This document shows, in pieces, positions 56,125-64,000 of a DNA stretch of 64,000 nucleotides (positions are counted from its first letter, which is position 1; each line of letters begins with the position of its first letter). The DNA comes from a candidate division Zixibacteria bacterium RBG_16_53_22. GTDB lineage: Bacteria; Zixibacteria; MSB-5A5; UBA10806. The position numbers were made by a program, and so were the translations under genes. The notes below the pieces were generated by a model. It did not search any database and was not told where the DNA came from. It saw only the letters and a list, made by a program, of their open reading frames with translations. Location: NCBI GenBank assembly GCA_001775395.1, contig MEWP01000069.1, forward strand, positions 16,114 to 80,113. The letters are read 5' to 3'.

Positions 56125-56254
56125 CGCGATTCTCTCCCTATTTAGACAATTTCAAGGTTCTTCTCCCAAACGATTTATGGCGGTAACGGGCGGGCGATGT
56201 CAATGAAAATCAGCGGCCCGTTGCCACTAACACGGGTTTAGTGGCAATCAAGAC

Positions 56255-56276
56255 GGGCCGCTCTTGCGAGCGGCCC
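56255..56276 (-). terminator. hairpin downstream of the FG-GAP gene
   Basis: GGGCCGCTC-GCAA-GAGCGGCCC on the minus strand; weak U-tract. Confidence 0.5.
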
Positions 56277-56298
56277 AGCAACCCGGTATGGACAATTT

Positions 56299-58836
56299 TC
56301 AGTCAGAGGTTCCGGTCTTGCCTCTTGATTTTAATACCGGGCGCAGAATCGGAGCTATCGGCTTTTCCTCCTTGACGGGCTCCGAAATGACCTTTTCAGG
56401 CGTTTCTTTGCCTTTGAGTTCGCGTGAAATGACTGGCCCCCTGCCTGCTGGAGTGCAATCGTCGCAATAGAGCAGCGCAGGCTGGCCCCCCTTGAGGTAT
56501 GACACATAGTATGTAATGTCTATCCCATTGGTGCTGCAGGTGCCGTTGACATCCATGGCGGCATAGAACGGGAATATTAGCGGCGGGCAGTCGCAGGAGT
56601 CTTTGGGAGCGCTGCCGCCTTTAAGATAGGTGACTCCGTATGTAACATCGATACCGTTCGGCGCGCCGCTGCCGTTGATATCACCGGGGAGATAGGGGCA
56701 GCCGCCACCGAGAAGATTGATTAAGATCGAAACATTGTTGGAGTTCTCATTTGCCACTGCCAAATCATTATCCCCATCGCCGTCAAGATCGGAGGCGAAT
56801 ACAGAGCGGGGATATTTATCCGCGCCATAATTGCCTCCCGGGTAGTATGTGCCAGAACCGCCATTTATTAAAACCGTGACGTTACCCGACCAATTGTTTG
56901 CGGTCGCCAGGTCATTATCGCCGTCACTATCAAAATCGGAGGCAATAATAGAATTGGCACCATCCGCAGCCAAATAGTTGACTGCCGCCTGATAGGTTCC
57001 ATCGCCATTGTTTATCAGGACGGACACGTTGTCGGAAATCCAGTTTGCCACCGCCAGGTCGTTATCACCATCGCCATCAAGATCGGAGGCAAAAATGGAT
57101 TGGGGATCATTCCCTACCCCGTAATTGACTGCCGCCTGAAATGTCCCGTTACCATAGTTCTTCAGAACCGAAATGTTGTCGGAATTTGAATTTGCTACCG
57201 CTAAATCTTTATACCCATCGCCGTCGAGGTCGGATGCGAAGATGGAATAAGGCCAGGATCCCGCACCATAATTGACCGCCGCCTGAAAAGTCCCATCACC
57301 ATTGTTTCTCAAAATGGAGACATTACCGGAAGTTCTGTTTGCTGTCGACAGATCGTTATCGCCATCGCTATCCAGATCAGTGGCAAAGACGGAGGCGGTG
57401 CCGGGTCCGGCAGGATAATTGACGGCAGCCTGGTATGTCCCGTTGCCGTTGTTTATCAGGACTGATACATTATTGGAATTCAGATTTGCAACAGCCAGAT
57501 CATTATCCCCATCACCGTCAAGATCGGAGGCGTACACCGAATAAGGATTGTCTCCGGTCCTATATTTGATAGCCGGCAGATATATCCCATCACCGTTGTT
57601 CATGAGGATCGAGACGCTGTCGTAAATTGCATTTGTCACGGCCAGGTCGTTATCTCCATCACCGTCAAGGTCGGATCCAAAAACGGACCGTGGGGCGTTT
57701 CCGGCGGCATAATTAACTGCCACGCGATATGTTCCATTTCCGTTGTTATTAAAGACCGAGACATTGCTGGAAGCGACATTTGCCGCCGCCAGGTCATTAT
57801 CTCCATCGGCGTCAAAATCGGTAGCGACGATGAAACGGGTACCGGATCCCGCTCGGTAATTGACAGCTGTCTGATATGTCCCATCACCGTTGTTCTTCAA
57901 GACCGACATGTCGCTGTTATTCCAATTGGCTGTCGCCAGGTCATTATCCCCATCACCATCAAGGTCGGAGGCATATATGGAAAAGGGGGCGTCACCCGTC
58001 TCGTAATTAACGGCTGTTTGAAATGTACCGTTTCCATTGTTCTTCAATATCGAGGCGGAGCCCATTGCTATAAAATTTGCCACAGCCAGGTCGTTATCGC
58101 CGTCACCATCGAGGTCGGAGGCAAAGACTGCGGCGGAACCGTCACCCGCATCATAATGTACCGCCGGTATATACGTGCCATTGCCGCTGTTTATCAAAAT
58201 GGCGACGTTGTCAGAATCACCATTTACAGATGCCAGGTCTTTGTCGCCATCGCCGTCAAGATCAGAAGCAAAGACGGAAACAGCGCTGCCTCCAGTCATG
58301 TAATTTATGGCCGCCTGGTACGTGCCATTGCCGTTGTTCTTCAGCACCGAGATGTTGTTAGAAATGCTGTTTGCCACGGCAAGGTCGTTATCCAAATCGC
58401 CATCAAGATCGGAGACATAAATGGAAGCGGGGTAGTCTCCCGCCCCATAATTGACAGCCGACAGATATGTGCCATTACCGAAATTCAACAGGATAGAGAT
58501 ACTATCGGAAGATGAATTTGCCACCGCCAGATCATTATCACCATCGCCGTCAAGATCAGAGGCAAAGACGGACAAAGGACCATCTCCCGCAGCGTAATTG
58601 ACAGATTGCAGAAAAGTGCCATCACCGATGTTCATCAGGACCGAGACGTCGTCGGTATAACCATTTGCCGTGACCAAATCTTTGTCTCCGTCGCTGTCAA
58701 GATCGGAGGCAAAGACGGAATAAGGAGAGGTTCCCGTCCCATAGTCTATCCGTGCGCTGAAGATAGGCTCGAAGCCAAGAGAACTGGCAACAATGGCAAG
58801 CATTGCGATAAGCAAATTAATCACAAGGCGTTTCAT
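56299..58836 (-). CDS. secreted FG-GAP/VCBS repeat protein (14 repeats) with C-terminal dockerin-like domain
   Basis: Signal peptide; 14 DxDxDGDxDLxxxN units (two 7-blade propellers inferred); GDINGSGAPNGIDVTY...DVNGTCSTNGIDITY. Confidence 0.9.
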   Translation of the reverse strand: MKRLVINLLIAMLAIVASSLGFEPIFSARIDYGTGTSPYSVFASDLDSDGDKDLVTANGYTDDVSVLMNIGDGTFLQSVNYAAGDGPLSVFASDLDGDGDNDLAVANSSSDSISILLNFGNGTYLSAVNYGAGDYPASIYVSDLDGDLDNDLAVANSISNNISVLKNNGNGTYQAAINYMTGGSAVSVFASDLDGDGDKDLASVNGDSDNVAILINSGNGTYIPAVHYDAGDGSAAVFASDLDGDGDNDLAVANFIAMGSASILKNNGNGTFQTAVNYETGDAPFSIYASDLDGDGDNDLATANWNNSDMSVLKNNGDGTYQTAVNYRAGSGTRFIVATDFDADGDNDLAAANVASSNVSVFNNNGNGTYRVAVNYAAGNAPRSVFGSDLDGDGDNDLAVTNAIYDSVSILMNNGDGIYLPAIKYRTGDNPYSVYASDLDGDGDNDLAVANLNSNNVSVLINNGNGTYQAAVNYPAGPGTASVFATDLDSDGDNDLSTANRTSGNVSILRNNGDGTFQAAVNYGAGSWPYSIFASDLDGDGYKDLAVANSNSDNISVLKNYGNGTFQAAVNYGVGNDPQSIFASDLDGDGDNDLAVANWISDNVSVLINNGDGTYQAAVNYLAADGANSIIASDFDSDGDNDLATANNWSGNVTVLINGGSGTYYPGGNYGADKYPRSVFASDLDGDGDNDLAVANENSNNVSILINLLGGGCPYLPGDINGSGAPNGIDVTYGVTYLKGGSAPKDSCDCPPLIFPFYAAMDVNGTCSTNGIDITYYVSYLKGGQPALLYCDDCTPAGRGPVISRELKGKETPEKVISEPVKEEKPIAPILRPVLKSRGKTGTSD

Positions 58837-59041
58837 AACGACCTCCGGGATGAGGAAAATTTATGGCCTAAAGTTATTTCTTTCCTTTAAGTATTAATAA
58901 GGTACTGCCACGCCCAAAGATGTAAGATCAAGGATGTAATATTAATATAATATCGTTTCAAAAATTAACAAGAGGATTTAACGGATAGCGTTACCTCCAA
59001 GGTATCATTTCGGTGCCTTCGGGTCACCCTACCCGGTTTTT

Positions 59042-61897
59042 CTATGGCGCCGGAGGGCAATCCTGGCAATAAAGCAGGGCCGCCTGCTGGCCTTTTAGGT
59101 ATGTTACGAAATAGACGATATCTATACCATTGAAGGCACAGTTGCCGTTTACGTCTCCAGCAGCATAGAAGGGGAACGCCATCGGCGGGCAATCGCAGGA
59201 GTCTCTGGGAGCGTTGCCGCCTTTCAGATAGGTGACTCCGTATGTAACATCGATACCGTTCGGCGCGCCGCTGCCGTTGATATCACCGGGAATGTAGAGA
59301 CATCCAAATGATTCCCGAACGACCAGGGAAACCGGCATCGGGGCTGAAGGCGTTCCCGGGTCGTTCGAATTTATCTGGATATGACCGTTATAGATGCTGT
59401 CGGGAACGGACGTAGCATCAAGCGTGATCTGACCGACCAAACTATCGCCCGGGGCGATCGTGTCGGCGGACGGGGAAACGAATAGCCAGGTGTTGAGGGC
59501 CGGCGATGACTCGATGGCAGATAAGGATACAAAAAGCGGGGCCTGGCCCGAATTTTTGACAACAAAATCGTGCGACTCAATTTCACCCTGCAAAAGTGTA
59601 TCGATTATCGAAGCGGGGTAAAATGACATGTGGGGTGCCATACTCAACTCAATCGAAACATCATCGATATATATGCCATCCTCTTGGCTTGATCCGTCGG
59701 AATCGAGGCGAAAACGTAGACGAGCATCGGATTGCCCAACCAGGGCCGCCAGATCGAAACTGCGCTCCACAAATGCCGGCATGGAACCGGTAATCGGCGG
59801 GCCGAGTCGAATCCAGTTTATGCTATCCGGAGAACCCTCGACATGGAGCGAATCCCCTCCGGCCGGTAGCGTACCCCTGACCTGAAATCTCAAATTGGCG
59901 GCTGCTGCATGGCTCAGGTCGAGATCAAAAAGCGATTCCAGGAAGCTGTCCGTATTGTCCCGGTATTGCGTGTTCGGGGAATCAGCAACGGAGAGGTTTC
60001 CTGTAGATGAGTAAAGAGCGGTCAGGCCCCAGAAAGCAAATGTCCCTCCGGTTTTCCAATAACCCAGGCCGTCTTCAAATGAATCGGCAAACGAAGACGC
60101 CCCTGGCGAGACAGTGTATGGGTGCATCTGGCCCCCGAGCGGCCAGAAGGCGTGGGTTTCCCCGTTCCGGACGGCCTTGATAAAATAGTAAATGGTGCCG
60201 CCGAGTTCGCCCGGTATCTGGGACGTGAAATTAAAGCTATCGACAGATATCATCGCAAGCCGGACAAAATCCCCGACTTCCCCCGCCCGGTAATAGAGGA
60301 AAACGCTGTCGAGTTCCCCTGTAACGGCGGTATTGATAATCAGCGGGTCATTGGGGGTGGCGAATATTATGGGACGGTGATCGATGATAATATCGCCGGC
60401 GGGATGGGAATAAATGGCCCGGCCGACATCGAGGATCCCGGAACCATAGGCGTTATCGGGGGCATCGAACCTGTCCGCAGTTGCCATCAGAGCCTCGCGG
60501 ACCATCATAGGAGTCCAATTGGGGTGCGCAGAAAATAGCACGCCGCATGCGCCTCCGACAAGGGGCGTTGAGAGCGATGTGCCGGAGGCGGTGTAGTAGC
60601 CATGAATATCGTAAGGACTTACACAAGTTGTGCCGACTCCCCGGGCGCAAACCTCGGGCTTGATACGCCCATCATATGTAGGGCCCCATGATGAGAAGCC
60701 GGCAAGTATGCCTTGCGAGTCGACAGCTCCACAGGCAATGACAGAATCGCCATCAGCGGGGGCGACGATGGAGCCGCTTATATTACCCTCGTTGCCCATG
60801 GCAGTGGCCACGGCAATTCCATTGTAGGCGGCCAGGTCGGCGGCGATTGTCACGATAGTGGAATTGCCATCGATCTGGCTGTAATCGTAATCGCCTTGCC
60901 CGGAGTCGAACCAGCGATATCCCAGAGAAGCAGAGATAACGGAAGCGCCGATGGAGTCGGCCCACTGCGCCCCGGCGGCCCAGTTGTCCTCCTCGATATG
61001 CCGCTCGCTGGAAATATCCTCCGTCTTGGCCAGGACGAAATGGGCCAAGTACGAGGGCCCATATAAAAATCCGCTGGCCTCACCACCGAGCGTGGACCAG
61101 GTCATGGTGCCGTGATCAGGTTGCCCGCCAAGATCCTGGCTGGGATCGTAGTCAGTGTTATTGTCATGGTTAATGAAATCGTATTGGGCAATCAGCCGTC
61201 CGCCGGAGATGATCGCCTGGAAAGCATCATGCCCTTGCCTGTAGCCGGTGTCCATCATACAGACGATCACGCCCTGGCCTTTGAATCCCAGCTCGTGCGC
61301 CGAGATGACATTAATCTGTTCAAGCTGGGCTTGCGACTGCCCGTAGTTGAGCGATATAAGGTTAGCATCAGGAATGATCGGCTCGGTGGGCAGCTCGGCG
61401 CCCATGCGCGCATATGAAACCGGTTTTATATAGCGCACGAATGGGAAAGCCGCTATGGCTGCAAGCTGCCCGCCGGTAGCGTAAACCGAGATGGCATTGA
61501 ACCATTTAAGCTCATGCCGCAATTCGGCGCCGGTGGAAAGCACGGCATCGATATGCGACCGGCTGAGAGGCAAGTCACGGAAATCGAGGATATTTTCCTT
61601 TCCGCGGGATTTGAGCCGGCGATCCAACGTTGAAGGGGAAAGGGTTGACTGCGCCAAATTGAGGGCATTTATGTATTGAACCTGACCTGAAATTCCCTTA
61701 TCAGTGAAAAAGACGATGACAGGAATTGTGGACTCAATCGGAATTTGACTAAGGCTCAGAGCCAATCCTGGTGAGATTGTCGGAATCTCCTTTTCCATGA
61801 AAAGCGTAGTGGCATCATTCCATGAAAGGGGAACATCGCTTCCCACAACCGATAATGGACAGAGCAACGTCAAAAATATAAGAGCATGTCGAATCAT
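59042..61897 (-). CDS. secreted S8 (subtilisin-family) protease with C-terminal dockerin-like domain
   Basis: Signal peptide; MMDTG (Asp), DHGT (His), GTSLSTP (Ser); dockerin-like tail. Confidence 0.92.
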   Translation of the reverse strand: MIRHALIFLTLLCPLSVVGSDVPLSWNDATTLFMEKEIPTISPGLALSLSQIPIESTIPVIVFFTDKGISGQVQYINALNLAQSTLSPSTLDRRLKSRGKENILDFRDLPLSRSHIDAVLSTGAELRHELKWFNAISVYATGGQLAAIAAFPFVRYIKPVSYARMGAELPTEPIIPDANLISLNYGQSQAQLEQINVISAHELGFKGQGVIVCMMDTGYRQGHDAFQAIISGGRLIAQYDFINHDNNTDYDPSQDLGGQPDHGTMTWSTLGGEASGFLYGPSYLAHFVLAKTEDISSERHIEEDNWAAGAQWADSIGASVISASLGYRWFDSGQGDYDYSQIDGNSTIVTIAADLAAYNGIAVATAMGNEGNISGSIVAPADGDSVIACGAVDSQGILAGFSSWGPTYDGRIKPEVCARGVGTTCVSPYDIHGYYTASGTSLSTPLVGGACGVLFSAHPNWTPMMVREALMATADRFDAPDNAYGSGILDVGRAIYSHPAGDIIIDHRPIIFATPNDPLIINTAVTGELDSVFLYYRAGEVGDFVRLAMISVDSFNFTSQIPGELGGTIYYFIKAVRNGETHAFWPLGGQMHPYTVSPGASSFADSFEDGLGYWKTGGTFAFWGLTALYSSTGNLSVADSPNTQYRDNTDSFLESLFDLDLSHAAAANLRFQVRGTLPAGGDSLHVEGSPDSINWIRLGPPITGSMPAFVERSFDLAALVGQSDARLRFRLDSDGSSQEDGIYIDDVSIELSMAPHMSFYPASIIDTLLQGEIESHDFVVKNSGQAPLFVSLSAIESSPALNTWLFVSPSADTIAPGDSLVGQITLDATSVPDSIYNGHIQINSNDPGTPSAPMPVSLVVRESFGCLYIPGDINGSGAPNGIDVTYGVTYLKGGNAPRDSCDCPPMAFPFYAAGDVNGNCAFNGIDIVYFVTYLKGQQAALLYCQDCPPAP

Positions 61898-62177
61898 CGC
61901 GGCTCCCTTAAAGTGAGTGAAGTCAAAAAAGCAAAGCTACTCCAAAGATAATACCGTTTGATGGTTTGTCAAGCCAACCTCAACAGGTATTGGATGACTG
62001 GGCAATGGCATTAATGGGCCCTTTATTAATTTAAATTATATTTAATTGACGCAAATTCAACTATTGGCTGGGGACAGTTATTTGAAGCCTGTTTCCTATA
62101 TTGTCTGGCAACAAGTTACGGGCGGTGTCCCAAATTCGTGCTATAAAATTAGGCGCAAAATACTGAGCTACCCAAAT

Positions 62178-62229
62178 CTTTCTCTTAATTCAAACCCTCT
62201 ATCTGTCCAGATTCATCTGAACCGAAATA
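62178..62229 (-). mobile_element. orphan IS3-family left end (copy 6)
   Basis: TATTTCGGTTCAGATGAATCTGGACAGATAGAGGGTTTGAATTAAGAGAAAG; fused to the integrase remnant. Confidence 0.7.
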
Positions 62230-62571
62230 CCTCTTAAATATTCGCCCGGCCTAATTGATATATTGAGTAACTTGAATAGACGGAAGGACGGCAAAGTCTT
62301 CGCCCCCTTTACCAAACGAGGGAAAGAGCTTCCCCAGTGGTCCGAATGGTGGGTTGGCCGATACATCTCAAATACGTTAACATCTATCGGACTACCATGG
62401 GCCACTTGTCACACATTCAGGCACACGTTCGCCAGCCATTTGGTGATGGCCGGGGTGTCGCTATTTACAGTCCAGAGATTATTGGGCCATGCCCAAATAG
62501 ACACCACGATGATCTACGCCCATCTTGCCGAGGATCACAGTGCAGAAATGATGGCTAAATTGCCGTATTGA
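62224..62571 (+). pseudogene. tyrosine integrase, C-terminal catalytic fragment (N-terminus lost at the IS end)
   Basis: [14 protein letters not shown]...[40 protein letters not shown] has HxxR, H and Y but lacks the first catalytic Arg; in-frame TGA at 62218. Confidence 0.9.
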
Positions 62572-62591
62572 AGGGGGCAAAAAGAGGGGCA

Positions 62592-62619
62592 AACCGCTGT
62601 CGAAAGATGGCGGTTTTTT
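62592..62619 (+). terminator. intrinsic terminator between the integrase and tRNA (possibly bidirectional)
   Basis: AACCGCTGTC-GAAA-GATGGCGGTT followed by T-tract. Confidence 0.7.
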
Positions 62620-62741
62620 GTTCTCAAAGTGTTCCCATAATGTTCCCACGGAGGATTTTGCCGATATGGAAAGGCTTGTAAGTCCTTGCAAGATAATAGC
62701 GGCGCAGGGATTCGAACCCCGGACACGAGGATTATGATTCC
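62608..62741. repeat. tRNA-proximal island end (alpha), copy 1
   Basis: 134-bp direct repeat of 16496-16629 with 2 mismatches. Confidence 0.92.
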
Positions 62742-62770
62742 TCTGCTCTGACCAACTGAGCTACGCCGCC
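62697..62770 (-). tRNA. tRNA-Met(CAT), elongator type; CCA not encoded
   Basis: GGCGGCG TA GCTC AGTTGGTCA GAGC A GAGGA ATCATAA TCCTC GTGTC CGGGG TTCGAAT CCCTG CGCCGCT A folds as a full 74-nt cloverleaf. No C1:A72 mismatch or three G:C anticodon-stem pairs, so not initiator; Ile2 is not fully excluded. Confidence 0.95.
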
Positions 62771-62801
62771 AAATAATCGTATATGCCATTTAACTCGGCT
62801 C

Positions 62802-62829
62802 AATTTATCAACTTCGACCCCCAAGTCAA
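62802..62829 (-). promoter_or_regulatory. possible sigma70 promoter of the tRNA
   Basis: TTGACT-16 nt-TAAATT on the minus strand, about 31 nt upstream of G1. Confidence 0.4.
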
Positions 62830-63186
62830 GCCATTTTCCATTATTCCCGGATACTTGAAATTGACAATGCCATAAGCGGATTTAAATTGTCCGCTCAGTA
62901 GAGTATTGAACAACGCCCCGAAATTCTCATAAAATGACCCCCCATCGGATTTTGACAATTTATTATTACCTAAAATGAAAATTTGAAATATCTCGATTCG
63001 AGGCTTGACGATAATATCACGGTTAGTATCTCGGGCCGCGGCTTGTCCGAAGGCTGTTAAAAAATAATCTTGCAAAAGCCCCGGCGGCATATTAACGTTA
63101 TGCAAAGCGATTAAATTATCACGCTCGATACCGATTCTTTGACAATTGCCATGATTGATCACCGCGCTGTTATGGCGCGAGAATGG

Positions 63187-64000
63187 ATGGTTCAAGTGAA
63201 GGGGTCGATAGGTTGTACAGGCTGGGCGGCGCTTCTTATCATTGCGATCATCTCGCCAGCGGCCGCATCCGATTTTGTAATTGATGTCCTCCCCAACGGC
63301 GCCAGATACTATTCCAGCAAGATCATTGTCATGAATGAAAATGATTCCCCGCCGTACCAAACCGGCGTTTCATCGGCGGGCATAGCCTATGCCGGCGTGC
63401 CATCGGTCGACGGGCTCTGCCGCCAATGCGGCGTGGTCCGGATCGAGCCTTTTTATCCGGGGAATTTACGCAATTCCAAGCTGGCGCGCCTGGCCGAAAG
63501 TCTCTACATATTCACCCTGGCGGATGATTTAGATGCGAGCGACCTGCTCGAAAAATTCACCGCCGATCCTAATATAAAGTTGGCCGATCTTTACTCGGCG
63601 CCGGAGCTTTGTTACATTCCAAACGACCCGGATATTATCGACCAGTGGCATTTGAACCAGGTCTTCGCTTATCAGGCCTGGGATATTGTCAGAGGCGACA
63701 CCACCAGGCATTCGGTGATCGGTATAATCGATACCGGCGTGCACTGGGACCACCCCGATCTGACGGCCAATATCTGGATTAACGATGCCGAGGATGTCAA
63801 TGACAACGGCCTGTTCGACCCGGCCGATAACGACGGCATCGATGCCGACAGCAACGGATTTGTTGATGACGTGGTTGGCTGGGATTTCGGGGCCAATGAC
63901 AACGATCCTGTCGACGATGCCTTGCCGCATGGAACTGCCGTGGCCGGGTGCGCCTCCGAGGTCACCGATAACGGGCTTCGAGGCGCCGCAATCGGCTTTT
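63187..64000 (+). CDS. secreted S8 protease, N-terminal part (runs off the window end)
   Basis: Open frame from ATG 63187 (alternatives 63172, 63196): signal peptide, PNDP..QW, VIGIIDTGV (Asp), HGTAVAG (His). Confidence 0.88.
   Translation, partial: MVQVKGSIGCTGWAALLIIAIISPAAASDFVIDVLPNGARYYSSKIIVMNENDSPPYQTGVSSAGIAYAGVPSVDGLCRQCGVVRIEPFYPGNLRNSKLARLAESLYIFTLADDLDASDLLEKFTADPNIKLADLYSAPELCYIPNDPDIIDQWHLNQVFAYQAWDIVRGDTTRHSVIGIIDTGVHWDHPDLTANIWINDAEDVNDNGLFDPADNDGIDADSNGFVDDVVGWDFGANDNDPVDDALPHGTAVAGCASEVTDNGLRGAAIGF

Larger units (their letters stand above)
55239..62696. mobile_element. island I of the tRNA-Met tandem array (7.5 kb)
   Basis: Lies between the intact tRNA and the att core at 55194; integrase remnant next to the tRNA. 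Confidence 0.8.

Noticed and set aside
62263-62571. Functional 102-aa mini-integrase from the TTG start
   Set aside because: Lacks the first catalytic Arg and the core-binding domain; the upstream frame is closed by a TGA inside the IS end.
62697-62770. Initiator tRNA-fMet
   Set aside because: G1:U72 pair instead of the C1:A72 mismatch, and no run of three G:C pairs at the base of the anticodon stem.
62800-63360. 186-aa minus-strand ORF
   Set aside because: Its first about 58 codons overlap the S8 protease on the opposite strand, the rest has no recognisable motif, and it runs over the putative tRNA promoter.
1-64000. CRISPR array or cas genes
   Set aside because: No regularly spaced repeat-spacer array; the periodic DNA in 56700-58750 is the FG-GAP coding repeat.

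Overview
Bacterial accessory region, probably from a Zixibacteria-like host (inferred from dockerin-like C-terminal domains on the secreted proteins and a FlgD-Ig/T9SS-like tail fragment). An intact elongator tRNA-Met(CAT) lies on the minus strand at 62697-62770. Exact 45-bp copies of its 3' part recur at 55194, 16585 and 9203, dividing the window into three tandem tRNA-targeted islands. Island I (7.5 kb) carries an RsrR-like Rrf2 regulator, an FG-GAP protein, an S8 protease and a truncated tyrosine integrase. Island II (38.6 kb) carries a c-heme sensor kinase with an NtrC-type regulator, a Qrc/ACIII-like redox complex with extra cytochromes, and a large anaerobic aromatic-degradation cluster (hisC-like aminotransferase, hcr-like Mo enzyme, bcrCBAD, CoA ligase, 2-hydroxyacyl-CoA dehydratase-family subunit plus activase, PanE-like reductase, had/oah/dch, beta-oxidation genes). 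Island III (7.3 kb) carries a Ser/Thr kinase and a sigma54 module. Left of the array is a complete reductive pyrimidine degradation operon. Six diverged copies of a 52-bp IS3-family left end sit at module junctions, and no intact integrase or transposase is present. The best candidate for an undescribed system is an aryl-lactate dehydration route from Phe/Tyr into the benzoyl-CoA pathway (inference). The next best is the IS-end-delimited tandem island array.
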